A stretch of 64,000 nucleotides of DNA from an uncultured Verrucomicrobiota bacterium. GTDB taxonomy: Bacteria; Verrucomicrobiota; Kiritimatiellia; RFP12; UBA1067. The position numbers were made by a program, and so were the translations under genes. Below are positions 9,601-18,725 of the stretch, piece by piece (positions within the stretch are counted from its first letter, which is position 1; every line of letters begins with the position of its first letter). Where the stretch lies: assembly GCA_946544115.1 (NCBI GenBank), contig CAMNLW010000002.1, positions 6,729 through 70,728 of the forward strand, written 5' to 3'. The notes beneath the pieces were generated by a model, which was not told where the DNA came from, did not search any database, and saw only the letters and a program-made list of their open reading frames with translations.

Positions 9601-12600
9601 CGCACGGCTGCGCGGCGGCACAAGGCGGGACGGGAAGTTGCCAAAACCCGCCGGATCAGTCTTCTTGCCGCGATTGACGCGGATGAAGCGATAATCTGCA
9701 AGATCCGCCCACTGGTCGGATGTGTTTTCGACTTCCACCCAGCCGGATTCAAGTCCGTTTACATCCATACCCTCCAATGCGCCGCGATTTAGCGCATCCG
9801 TCGGCTTTGGCATTATCTCGCCGATGCGAAGGACTGAGCTATCGGCCACTTCTGGGTTGATAGCACCTGTTTCCCTGTAAAGGTTTAATGCGGCCAATTG
9901 ATTTACTACATTCTGTCCTGCAAAGTCGGCAAGGACGCCCAATTGCTGCAAGGTTTGGTCTGCAGAGTCGTCTGTGCGCTCGAAAATAGCACTGCCAACT
10001 CCAAAATCAGTATGGACGGAATAAATCTTCATGCCAGGGAGAGGATATTTATTGCGCCGATCATTACCGAATGTAATAGGACCGGAAATTTCAGACGATG
10101 CCCACTGAATAACAGTTGTACTCGCAATCTCTTTGCCATCGCAATAAAGTTTGGCACCTGTTTGTGCGCCAAAGGCAAATGTCCAAACATGTGGCGCTGT
10201 CCAATTTTCAACTACACTTGAGGTTGCGGTGTCTGTTGTGTCAGTATGTCCCAGAGAGAAGGTACCATTGCCATTGGAGTATGCAAAAGCGTAAAATGTG
10301 TCAGAGTTCCGTTTTAATTGGCAACCGATAATTATGCCAGCCGCCCCTTCCGGCAATTCAGCTAGCACGCTTGCACACACTGCGTTGGTGCTGAAGTGGA
10401 GCGTCTCAACGACACCCTTCGAACCGACCTCGATTCCGCCTAAAGGTCCGCCAATCGCATTTGCCTCGAAACTGGACGGGAATGCCCAGCTGATATCGTC
10501 ACTTGTCGAAGAGTGCTCACACTCCAGAGTTTGGATATCTTCAAGCGCAATATCCTTCAGCCATACGGCATCGTCCGCCTCCGGCGTCAAATCCTTGTTG
10601 TCGGACGGATTGTTCATCGCGTAACGTTGCGAGAAGACGAATACGACTTCATGCGCGCCATCGGGAATGTCGATCGCCGCCGCCGTCCAATCGTTCGTGC
10701 ATTCCGTTTGCGCGAGGACGGGCGAATCGTCGAGAAGTACGTCGAAATGCGAATAGTTGTCGCCCGCGAGCATTGCGCCGCCAAAATAAGACTTGTGCTT
10801 GAACGAAAGACGTTTTGGACCAACTATCGTCGCCTTGAGCGGAGTCGTGCACTGATATGCGTAGTCGGCCTGATTGTAGCTGCGAATGGTGTCGCCTTCA
10901 ACCGTCCACGGATATTTCAGGCTTGTCTGCCAAACAGCATCCACGGCATTGGCGAGAAGATCGCACCGAATGAATTTCACCTTGCGAACAGGCAGGAGGT
11001 AATCGGCACCAGCGGGACGCAGCGCCACGGAAAGAGTCTTATCCGCAGTAATATTCACGACAGGATTTGCGGATGAATATTCAAAGGCATCATCCAGTTT
11101 TTCGATTATTGGATCTGAGCCATCTAAAGTATAGTAGATACTCGCGCCCTCAATTGGGGAAGAAAGACGCACCGAAATTCTCTCGGAAAATACGCGCCCA
11201 GAGGTGACTTCCTCGCCCGTGCCATCGACAAAAACAATCGCTTCGTCGCTATACGTCTTCAAGGCGTCGCGCCATTCAGCGACATACGAACATGTCTCAC
11301 GCAGGACTCGCGCGTTATCGTTGTCGGCATCGCCGAGCACTAGCCCGAATTCGCTCGACGAAGTAGAGAAATACCACGAAGCGTCTTTGTCGCCGCCGTA
11401 TGCCATGATTGTATGGCGCGTCACATTGCCGTCTTTGAAATAAAAACCTCTTCCATACGCGAACGGCGAACAGATGTTATTGCCTTGCGCTCTGGCGTGT
11501 CCGCAGCCCATATTGTGGGCGTTCTCGTGAATCATGGTGTGTTGCTTGCCGATATCGACTGCACGGATACTGCAAACGCTGAAAGCGCACTCATGTTGGC
11601 TTGCCACATTATCAGGCGAATTGAGCGGCGAGCTGTTGCCGAGCGTATTACCAGTCACATCCACAAGTAGCGTCACGGTGTCAGCACCATACATCTCGCG
11701 CGCCGCACGCAGGCCGACAGCCGCATCCACGCCTGCCGCCGCAAGCCCAGGCGCCGAATTGATGTCGCCGTACGTGCCGTCGACCTTGCACACTCCGGCG
11801 AGGCGATACGAATAGAACCTGTCGAGTTTGTTCGTGACAAGCACGTCGTTCATCTTTTTGATCTGCTCTTGCGCGAACTCTTCAAGCGTAACGCCCTTGT
11901 TTGCCACGTACGCCTGCGCGCCATTGTCATACGCGACGAGCACATCGACTGTCGGCACACGGAAGCCTTGCTTCGATTTGAGCGAGAGTGTCTTGGTTGT
12001 GCTGTCATAGACAAGTTCGCGCCCAGCTCCAAGCCCATCCACCTGCATGCTCTGCCAATTTACAAGTCCGCCAGGCGCGACAAGCAATGCAACTCCATCC
12101 TCGTGGGGTTCGCCGCCAAGAACCAGGCGCAGAGTCGAACAGTCAAGCGAGCGTGTACCTGTCTGGACAAGAGAAGCACCATGTGCGAGTGTGATAGTCG
12201 ATTGCTTGGCATAAAGATTCGCAATAGTCACTGGCTTGGCAAGGACAAGCCCTGCACCGTTTATCGTCAGGTTTGCCGTAGCGAAACCAGATACATCGCA
12301 TTCTGCGCCAATTGCAAGATAGCCGTTTGTGACCGTGATTGCGGCTCCATCTGCCTTGGTCGATAGAGACCCTGTCACATTGGCGGAAACGGGATTCCAC
12401 TGGTCACCCAAACGTGTGCCATTTGCGCAAACGAGATTCTTTACGGAAAGCGAGCCGCAGAGTTTTGCGTTGCTGCCGTCGAGGGTCACAATGCCGTCGC
12501 CCGTGATTGCGCCCGAGCCTGTGAGCCTAGCCCCGCTTGCGATGGTATATACGCCGGTGTTTTGGTGCTCGGCATTCATCACAAGTGTCATACCACCACC

Positions 12601-15600
12601 AACCGATGTCGCGCCGACATACGTCAACGGTTGACCATTGAAGCTGTTCTGTATGAATGTGCCAACGCCGGAAATGTTTATGCCACCGTTGGCATTGGCG
12701 AAGTTCGCCGTGCCGTCCGCATAGATGATGTTGTTTGTCAGCGTGGCTTTGTTGGAGAACGTGAACGTCGGCGACCCCTCCCGCAGATAGACATACGGTG
12801 AGGCCGTCTTTTCGGCGGATGAATCAAAGAGAGAATCTGCGCTCACTGATATCGTCGGGGCGTTGTATAACTCGAAAGCGCGGCCATAACTCTTGTTATC
12901 GCCAGCGACGGTGAACGAGCCGCCCTTGAAATTCAACCTGCGGCGGAAATTGACCATTCCCCGGACCTCTATCCCGCCGCCGTTTTCGACATTGACAATC
13001 GAATTGTTGCCATTATCCGCCAAAGCATCGCTTCCCTCGAATACAAGCCTTCCGTTGTCCTTTACGGTAATCTGCAAACTCCCGAACAATCCGCGATTGT
13101 TGCCATTTGCGGTAAACACCGTCGTCCCTTCCCCGATGTTGAATTTAGACGTGCTCCAGAATGTGCCGGAATTGTTGAATTGGTTGAACACCTGCGTATT
13201 TCCGGCGCCTGGGGCGACATTGAGCGTCGAGGCCGCTCCTACTATAATAACATTCGAATTCGTCGCGCACGTCGCGGTGGCGTACTGGCCGAATGGCGCG
13301 TTGAATGTGTAGGTCTTTCCATCCGCGACATAGAAAGACGTGGAATCCATCTTGACGGGGACATTGAACGAAATGCTGTTCGGCGGGGAGAAATTCGCAC
13401 CGGGAAGCGATATGTGCGCATCTTCGTCGCCCCTGGCAAAAGTGTATGCGCTTGTAGTTGCAGAGATTTCGGCAACCTTTGGATTTACTGCCCCTTTGAC
13501 TGTGACGACGGGCGCGGCGTTTTCTGCTATATCTCCGAATGTCACCGTTGGCTGGTTTAGATTCGCAAAGCCGTACACCGAATCATTCCACGCAAGTACT
13601 GCCGAATCATCCATCCATCTGCCGTTGCCATTCTGCCCTGCTTCGCCGGACCATGCGAGCGGAACATTTTCCGTAAACGAGACGCTGCGGAGGAAGAGCC
13701 CGTGCGTTTTGCCCGTCGTCGCCCCGATGTTGTTCTGGCTGTACACAAAGCGCACATCATGTGTCCCCTCGGGAATAGCGACACTTCGCGTGATGTCGCT
13801 GGAGGATCCCTTTGTGTCGCTCATAACAGTTTCGCCGTCGATTGTCACGGTAAAGGCGCTGCCCGTCAAGAACATTGTCTTGTATGTGAAACTCATTAGC
13901 TTTGGTCCTTCAACGAGAGTGCCAAGCCATGTATAATTGTGTAGTGCACCGTCGGCGAACGGGTAGTTGAAAATGTAGGTGCTGACGCTTGTGCCCCATT
14001 CATTCTGCGGCGACCCCGACCACACGCGGGTCGAATCGCCCAGCCATGTGCTCATATCGGCATTCCCTTTGTTCTTACTCCTGTAGTTAGATGCAAAAAC
14101 TGCGCTCGCCTTGCCATTCCCGTCAACCGCAATGGCCTTTATCGTGCAGTTTTTCGTTACGCTTATGGGTGACGAATATTGTGCCGATGACGTCGTCGGG
14201 GTCGAGCCATCGGTTGTGTAGTATATCGTCTGCCCGGTCTTGTCTGCTGTGAGTGTGACCGGGATTGTGCCGTTGAACGATGCCACGTCACGAGGTGAAA
14301 TGGCTACTTCGGTCTGGTTGTCCACCAGCTGCAGGTCATCAAGCCAAACGCCGGATTTTTTGTAGTGGGAGTTGCCCTGATTGTAGAGAATGGCGAGTTT
14401 GTGGCTTCCCGCTGGAATGTCTATATAGTCCTGCCGCCATGTCATGCTCGATTCTGCGGTCGAAAAGTAGCCGCCGTCGTCGCAAACCACTGAAAAACGC
14501 CCCCACAGCCCTTTGCCTTCGGAGAGAGAAGGGAAGTTTGACTTGTGCCTGAAATACAACCGCTTGGGACCTTCTGTTATGGTTGAGATGTAGGAGATTT
14601 TCTCCGGTCCGTAAGTTTCGCCGAATTCATAGTTGTGCAGCACCGTCTTTGCGCCGTTTGTCCAGTCAGAATCGCTTGCACCCGACCATGGATAGTCCCC
14701 GTCCGTCTGCCAGGCGAGACCGGCAATCGGCAACGTTCCCTTAACAACCTTGATTGAGCGCATTGACTCCGCGACACCGTTTGTGACAATGCATGCAGTA
14801 AGAGTGGTTGTGTCTTTTATGGTTATGCTTGTATTGAAGCGATATGGTATGGAGGTCGTGTTAGGAGTCGTTCCGTCGAGAGTCAGGTAGATTCTCGCGC
14901 TTTCTGGATAGGAACTGCTACCGGTTAGCGTAATCTGTATTGAATCTTCGAAGATTTGCCCGTGGCTGATATCATTGCCACTGGAGTCAAGGAATCGGAC
15001 ATCCCACTCGTACGGAATGGAATGCTCGCGCCATTCGCTGACGCCTTTGTAGGAGAGAGTCAGGACTTTGCGGTTGTTGTTCTTTTCCTCCGTACCTACG
15101 GGTACGCCATATTCCTTCGGCGTTATGTCCGGAGTGGAGTAGTATGGGATTGCTTCGAAATAATAGTCAGCATCTGATGTGTAGTTGTATCCCATCACAG
15201 TATAGCGCGGTTTCCCAGATGCATCAAGGAAGTGGTAGCCGCAGGAATACGAAGTCGATTGGGGGCCAGATTTTGATCCTTGCCGGTTGCTATGTCCGCA
15301 GCCCATGTTGTGTCCAACCTCGTGCGACATAGTGTAGCGGTTCCAGACGCGCCGGATATGGCAGACGTTGCAGGTCTGCCCGATGCTGTTTGCTACCACC
15401 GCATTACTTGCAATGGCATCGCCGTCCGCACCACCCAGTGGATAGCCTATACCAGTTGTATAGGAACTTGCGCTTTCATCGACATCCACAAGCAGCGTGA
15501 CGATATCTGCGCCATAATAATCTCGCAGCGCGGGTATATGGCTGAAAGGCGCTTCGCCTACACGTAGCGAATTCAGAATCGGGTTGGTTATGTTTGGATA

Positions 15601-16368
15601 TGTCGCATTGACTTGAGTGATGCCGACAAGACGGTAGAAAAAGAGGTGGTCAAGCTGCGACTTCTGTAGCACTATGTTCATCTTGTTGATGGCATAGTCG
15701 GCAAACTCCTCGATCGTATCGGCATCTGGGCAGTTACCACCTTCCACCCACGCCTTCGCCCCCTTGTCAAAGGCGACTAGGATATCTACGACGCTCTTTT
15801 GCTCTGCGAGAGGGAATTCATTGCCGGATGCGCCAAGCAGCGTGCGCGACTTTTTGGTTGATGTGGTCTTGGTTTCTTCGACGGCTGGCTGAGGGACCTC
15901 GATATCGCCGCCGCATGTGCCGCACTCGCCGTCATCCATCTGCGAATTGTCGCGCTCGACTATGAGCACCTTGCCGTCCTTGCAGCGGACGGTGTACTGC
16001 CGCCGGTTCATGAAATCGTCCACGGATATGCGGGCGGACTTTTCGCTTACCTTCACAATCGCCGAGGCCGAGCCATTCGCATCCTTCGCGATAAAGCTCT
16101 GCCCCGCGATACCGGCCGGCGGTGCGGAAACGATTCTGAGGGCATAGTCCACATCGCCGAAAAGCCTGAGGTTCAGCGTGTCGCCTACTGCGACTGCGGG
16201 GACTGTCCCCACATTCGTCGACATCTCCGCACGCCGCAACACAGGCGCTTCGGCGTCATGCGCCACGCCACTGGAGAAGTCGAGTGTATACTCCGCCGCA
16301 CAGACCGCAACCGACCAAAAGAGCGACAACGCGATAAGCAGCACCGTCGCATTTTTTCCTCCAGACAT
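6604..16368 (-). CDS. Giant secreted multidomain protein (3254 aa): two metzincin-like Zn-metalloprotease domains, chitobiase/Fn3-like domains, a beta-helix region, a CotH kinase-like domain and a C-terminal lamin-tail domain
   Basis: Start assigned to the MSGGKNATVLLIALSLFWSVAVCAAEY signal peptide, with GGAGG 8 nt upstream and TGGTATAAT further upstream. The HExxHxxGxxH zinc site appears twice (HEVGHNMGCGHS; HENAHNMGCGHA). Chitobiase-C-like segments are present (TLDGTTPN..., YYTLDGSDP). Gly/Asn/Thr-rich beta-helix repeats are present. CotH motifs are present (DYVRIDLRGNTSAGFTKKGHGLRFAK; VCIYYDNPDMKEGARGTGTWMPLGYDFNLTFGQHY; KFRRLYLRRLRTLMD). A C-terminal LTD is present (DMSGWTLRFGVEWTLPAGTVCDSNDCIYVV). 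Confidence 0.7.
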   Translation of the reverse strand: MSGGKNATVLLIALSLFWSVAVCAAEYTLDFSSGVAHDAEAPVLRRAEMSTNVGTVPAVAVGDTLNLRLFGDVDYALRIVSAPPAGIAGQSFIAKDANGSASAIVKVSEKSARISVDDFMNRRQYTVRCKDGKVLIVERDNSQMDDGECGTCGGDIEVPQPAVEETKTTSTKKSRTLLGASGNEFPLAEQKSVVDILVAFDKGAKAWVEGGNCPDADTIEEFADYAINKMNIVLQKSQLDHLFFYRLVGITQVNATYPNITNPILNSLRVGEAPFSHIPALRDYYGADIVTLLVDVDESASSYTTGIGYPLGGADGDAIASNAVVANSIGQTCNVCHIRRVWNRYTMSHEVGHNMGCGHSNRQGSKSGPQSTSYSCGYHFLDASGKPRYTVMGYNYTSDADYYFEAIPYYSTPDITPKEYGVPVGTEEKNNNRKVLTLSYKGVSEWREHSIPYEWDVRFLDSSGNDISHGQIFEDSIQITLTGSSSYPESARIYLTLDGTTPNTTSIPYRFNTSITIKDTTTLTACIVTNGVAESMRSIKVVKGTLPIAGLAWQTDGDYPWSGASDSDWTNGAKTVLHNYEFGETYGPEKISYISTITEGPKRLYFRHKSNFPSLSEGKGLWGRFSVVCDDGGYFSTAESSMTWRQDYIDIPAGSHKLAILYNQGNSHYKKSGVWLDDLQLVDNQTEVAISPRDVASFNGTIPVTLTADKTGQTIYYTTDGSTPTTSSAQYSSPISVTKNCTIKAIAVDGNGKASAVFASNYRSKNKGNADMSTWLGDSTRVWSGSPQNEWGTSVSTYIFNYPFADGALHNYTWLGTLVEGPKLMSFTYKTMFLTGSAFTVTIDGETVMSDTKGSSSDITRSVAIPEGTHDVRFVYSQNNIGATTGKTHGLFLRSVSFTENVPLAWSGEAGQNGNGRWMDDSAVLAWNDSVYGFANLNQPTVTFGDIAENAAPVVTVKGAVNPKVAEISATTSAYTFARGDEDAHISLPGANFSPPNSISFNVPVKMDSTSFYVADGKTYTFNAPFGQYATATCATNSNVIIVGAASTLNVAPGAGNTQVFNQFNNSGTFWSTSKFNIGEGTTVFTANGNNRGLFGSLQITVKDNGRLVFEGSDALADNGNNSIVNVENGGGIEVRGMVNFRRRLNFKGGSFTVAGDNKSYGRAFELYNAPTISVSADSLFDSSAEKTASPYVYLREGSPTFTFSNKATLTNNIIYADGTANFANANGGINISGVGTFIQNSFNGQPLTYVGATSVGGGMTLVMNAEHQNTGVYTIASGARLTGSGAITGDGIVTLDGSNAKLCGSLSVKNLVCANGTRLGDQWNPVSANVTGSLSTKADGAAITVTNGYLAIGAECDVSGFATANLTINGAGLVLAKPVTIANLYAKQSTITLAHGASLVQTGTRSLDCSTLRLVLGGEPHEDGVALLVAPGGLVNWQSMQVDGLGAGRELVYDSTTKTLSLKSKQGFRVPTVDVLVAYDNGAQAYVANKGVTLEEFAQEQIKKMNDVLVTNKLDRFYSYRLAGVCKVDGTYGDINSAPGLAAAGVDAAVGLRAAREMYGADTVTLLVDVTGNTLGNSSPLNSPDNVASQHECAFSVCSIRAVDIGKQHTMIHENAHNMGCGHARAQGNNICSPFAYGRGFYFKDGNVTRHTIMAYGGDKDASWYFSTSSSEFGLVLGDADNDNARVLRETCSYVAEWRDALKTYSDEAIVFVDGTGEEVTSGRVFSERISVRLSSPIEGASIYYTLDGSDPIIEKLDDAFEYSSANPVVNITADKTLSVALRPAGADYLLPVRKVKFIRCDLLANAVDAVWQTSLKYPWTVEGDTIRSYNQADYAYQCTTPLKATIVGPKRLSFKHKSYFGGAMLAGDNYSHFDVLLDDSPVLAQTECTNDWTAAAIDIPDGAHEVVFVFSQRYAMNNPSDNKDLTPEADDAVWLKDIALEDIQTLECEHSSTSDDISWAFPSSFEANAIGGPLGGIEVGSKGVVETLHFSTNAVCASVLAELPEGAAGIIIGCQLKRNSDTFYAFAYSNGNGTFSLGHTDTTDTATSSVVENWTAPHVWTFAFGAQTGAKLYCDGKEIASTTVIQWASSEISGPITFGNDRRNKYPLPGMKIYSVHTDFGVGSAIFERTDDSADQTLQQLGVLADFAGQNVVNQLAALNLYRETGAINPEVADSSVLRIGEIMPKPTDALNRGALEGMDVNGLESGWVEVENTSDQWADLADYRFIRVNRGKKTDPAGFGNFPSRLVPPRSRAIFYTSERYSNSKSQKDSAFENGKFKGKPEIFKDYGNILVWGDKVNPKKSPFVRLYYMPNAATTNVVDTVVIPSDLPEGWSIIVGDAAEGEGTRRWMCPTPTRGRANTSTDRLKRIGPNVGPLYEISSLKKTDVANEFARPVPPAKPGEDYAITLPINPVMNPNGTFSPRTKDKIESIKLVYRKDLDDATLTTNVVTMTTKSTDKKAWGDQYTAAIPASYFPAAGHLMQWKVLITDGEGVEWTSPSFNNPDDGYEWYGTIVEPDTATQMSATLPTWHMFASGNHLTQMDVDADKQDRSKVPNQARVAIYDSSTSNYYDYVRIDLRGNTSAGFTKKGHGLRFAKAHPLTMTDVVTGEPIEEIRKTSLISEFADPSYMRQMIAFWLWRRMGNLVPFDFPVRCNLNGEFYQLAFNSERFTDELIEDVYGLDKFGYGYKNVGTMKSGPKNDNTYGTSAGGAEKKTPDDEDEKNVDVLEDELRYYLKQYGAQSVGEDVENLTRFVVEKFDLPAWLNYLASARITQEMDDVWANVCIYYDNPDMKEGARGTGTWMPLGYDFNLTFGQHYRDGGMSASGLKAQDDWFKCHPFYGGNRVRCYASPAMTSTINNGNDGFESVLQSAKFRRLYLRRLRTLMDQELKEPGTAEADTPFMVKMREMADLMRADSRLDGAKWLNDGSDAAIDVWPDGKRPSDIDEGIEDIWNNYVVPRREHLYVTHSVTNTAWKIGYGSRYNAGIPEAQSSIESLAPNITLDFSRHAEGVVVVSNANDEVVDMSGWTLRFGVEWTLPAGTVCDSNDCIYVVSDRRAYIAAHLDELTDQVIVGNADFGGIGAVVLNSSDGTCLHGLSSADGVLTFAAKNDKAAAAVVKTIAPTLTADDKEAGLSADNLVVRAVAAGEGTYQAVVDVNPATVAAPRFAAAGDDPPVAAVTDDAGETIVSSSIDNAVIGLWYGYEVADELGESAAFAPDAESFIRATANGPMTIRSSPRTEPCGFFRVKALPVKP

Positions 16369-16445
16369 GTTCCACCTCCTCTGTTTGGTGCAATTATACC
16401 ATAATTTACCCTGCACCGCCCAATCGGCGAACACCGGATTGCACG

Positions 16446-17810
16446 CTAGTTCTTGAACGAGTGAATCGGCGCTGGGATGCGGCCGCGTCGGGAAACAAGC
16501 CCTTCGCATGAAAACTTAGACACTTTCATAACCGGCGCGTGGCCTAGGAGTCCGCCGAAGTTCACGCTGTCGCCGACTTTCTTCCCCGCGACCGGTATCA
16601 CTCGAACCGCCGTCGTCTTCTGGTTCACCATTCCTATCGCCGCTTCGTCGGCTATTATACCGCTTATCGTCGCCGCGCTCGTGTCGCCGGGTATCGCAAT
16701 CATGTCCAGCCCGACGGAGCATACGCACGTCATGGCCTCAAGCTTTTCTATCGTGAGCGCGCCGGCGTTCACCGCGTCGATCATGCCCTGGTCCTCCGAG
16801 ACGGGTATGAACGCGCCGGAGAGCCCGCCCACATAAGAGCTCGCCATTACGCCTCCCTTCTTCACCTGGTCGTTGAGGAGCGCGAGCGCGGCGGTCGTGC
16901 CGGGAGCGCCCGGTTCTTCAAGACCGATTTCGCGCAGGATGTCCGCAACGCTGTCGCCGACAGCCGGTGTTGGCGCGAGCGAGAGGTCGATTATGCCGAA
17001 TGGCACGCCCAGGCGCTTCGCCGCCTCCTGCGCGACAAGCTGCCCGACACGCGTTATCTTGAAAGCCGTGCGCTTTATCGTCTCGCAGAGCGTCTCAAAG
17101 TCCGCCCCGCGAATGGACTTGAGGACGTGGTTCACAACACCAGGACCCGACACGCCGACGTTTATCACCGCGTCGGCTTCGCTCACGCCGTGGAACGCAC
17201 CCGCCATGAACGGGTTGTCGTCCGGCGCGTTGCAGAGGACTACGAGCTTCGCGCAGCCGATGGAATCGCGGTCTTTTGTCCGCTCTGCCGTCGCTTTCAC
17301 TATTTCGCCCATGAGCCGCACGGCGTCCATGTCGATTCCCGTTTTGGTGGAGCCCACGTTCACCGACGAGCATAGGCGCTCGGTCGTCGCCATCGCTTCG
17401 GGGATTGAGCGTATGAGCAGCTCGTCGGCGAGGGTCATTCCCTTCGAGACGACCGCCGAATAGCCGCCTATGAAGTTGACGCCAAGCTTCTTCGCCGCGC
17501 GGTCGAGGGTTTTGGCTATCTTCACGAAATCGCCCGGCTTTTTGCAGCACGCCGAGCCGACGATCGCCGCGGGGGTTATGGATATGCGCTTGTTCACGAT
17601 CGGTATTCCGAATTCGCGCCCTATCTCGTCACCAGTCTTCACAAGGTCTTTGGCGAGACGGGTCAACTTGGCGTATATCCTGTCGCAGGTCGTCTTGAGG
17701 GACGCGTCGGCGCAGTCGAGAAGCGACACGCCCATCGTAATCGTGCGCACGTCCAGATTCTCCTCGAGGATCATCTTGTTCGTCTCGAGGACTTCGAATA
17801 TATTGATCAT
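16446..17810 (-). CDS. UPF0210 (DUF711, PFL-like) family protein
   Basis: 454-aa product. N-terminus MINIFEVLE...[14 protein letters not shown] and the conserved length and motifs of the UPF0210 family. Forms the usual operon with the ACT-domain partner. Confidence 0.6.
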   Translation of the reverse strand: MINIFEVLETNKMILEENLDVRTITMGVSLLDCADASLKTTCDRIYAKLTRLAKDLVKTGDEIGREFGIPIVNKRISITPAAIVGSACCKKPGDFVKIAKTLDRAAKKLGVNFIGGYSAVVSKGMTLADELLIRSIPEAMATTERLCSSVNVGSTKTGIDMDAVRLMGEIVKATAERTKDRDSIGCAKLVVLCNAPDDNPFMAGAFHGVSEADAVINVGVSGPGVVNHVLKSIRGADFETLCETIKRTAFKITRVGQLVAQEAAKRLGVPFGIIDLSLAPTPAVGDSVADILREIGLEEPGAPGTTAALALLNDQVKKGGVMASSYVGGLSGAFIPVSEDQGMIDAVNAGALTIEKLEAMTCVCSVGLDMIAIPGDTSAATISGIIADEAAIGMVNQKTTAVRVIPVAGKKVGDSVNFGGLLGHAPVMKVSKFSCEGLVSRRGRIPAPIHSFKN

Positions 17811-17815
17811 GGCTC

Positions 17816-18088
17816 TCAGACCCTGTGCATCTTCTCGAAAATCTCGCTCTTCTGGCAGCGTATCTTGAGTCCCATCGAAACGCCTATCTCTCCCAGATCG
17901 GCCGCGACGTCCTCGAAGCTCTTGCAGCAGCCGGTGATGTCGACTATCATCATCATGTTGAAATAGTTCTGGACTACCGTCTGGGAGATGTCCAGAATGT
18001 TGATCTTGTTCTTGGCGAGATACGCGCTTGTTTTGGCGATGATGCCGACGGTATCCTTGCCGACGACTGTGATGATTGCTTTTTTCAT
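17816..18088 (-). CDS. ACT-domain protein, UPF0237 family
   Basis: [51 protein letters not shown] is the classic UPF0237 ACT fold. Start taken 9 nt after TGGTATAAT; the track ORF is an upstream extension. Confidence 0.6.
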   Translation of the reverse strand: MKKAIITVVGKDTVGIIAKTSAYLAKNKINILDISQTVVQNYFNMMMIVDITGCCKSFEDVAADLGEIGVSMGLKIRCQKSEIFEKMHRV

Positions 18089-18098
18089 GACCATCGTA

Positions 18099-18581
18099 TT
18101 ATACCATAATATACGGTTCTCCACAGAACGAGCATACCGCGCCGTCGTGCACCGCCGCTCCGCAACCGGGGCAGCGCCTTTCAAGAACTTCGCCGCATAC
18201 GGCGCAGTAACGCCCTCCCGCAGGATCGGCCTCCTCCCGGTCGGGTCGCGCGAACACGCGCCCCTCCACCTCGTAGCGGCGGTTCGATGGACATGACGCG
18301 TTCGGACAGTACCCCGTATGCGCCGCAGCTCTCTTCCCCTCCGCCACGATGCGCGCCGGCTCTGCAGCATCTTCTTCCTCATTGGACGGCAGCGGTATGC
18401 CGAATTTTTTCGACAGCCTTCCTATGACATCGTCATTGAGCTTGGTGCCGTCGCCCTGCTCGAACATTGAAATAGCCGACTGCTTGCAGCCAAGTTCAGA
18501 GGCCAGCTCGCCTTGCGATATCTTAGCCGCACGGCGCGCTTCCTTGATCTTGAAGCAGAACTCTGGACTTAGGTTTGTCAT
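18099..18581 (-). CDS. XRE-family HTH DNA-binding protein with C-terminal zinc-ribbon Cys clusters
   Basis: The N-terminus IKEARRAAKISQGELASELGCKQSAISMFEQG is a Cro/C1-type HTH. The C-terminus has CPNASCP...CAVCGE...CPGCG...CSFCGEP. Its upstream region is the DnaA-box cluster. Confidence 0.55.
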   Translation of the reverse strand: MTNLSPEFCFKIKEARRAAKISQGELASELGCKQSAISMFEQGDGTKLNDDVIGRLSKKFGIPLPSNEEEDAAEPARIVAEGKRAAAHTGYCPNASCPSNRRYEVEGRVFARPDREEADPAGGRYCAVCGEVLERRCPGCGAAVHDGAVCSFCGEPYIMV

Positions 18582-18589
18582 GGGTACAT

Positions 18590-18725
18590 ATTATGGACTT
18601 TATTTTATCAACTTGCAAGGGGGAAGTTATCAACATTATCAACAGGGTTATCAACTTATCAACACCATGTAGACTACTTTGTTGATAACCCGTGTTGATA
18701 TTATCAATACATCCGTGTAAGAATC
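18590..18725. promoter_or_regulatory. Dense cluster of at least 8 DnaA-box-like 9-mers (TTATCAACA / TGTTGATAA and variants)
   Basis: Plus-strand reading: ttatcaact, ttatcaaca, ttatcaaca, ttatcaact, ttatcaaca, then inverted tgttgataa, tgttgatat, then ttatcaata. All lie within ~130 bp. Confidence 0.55.
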
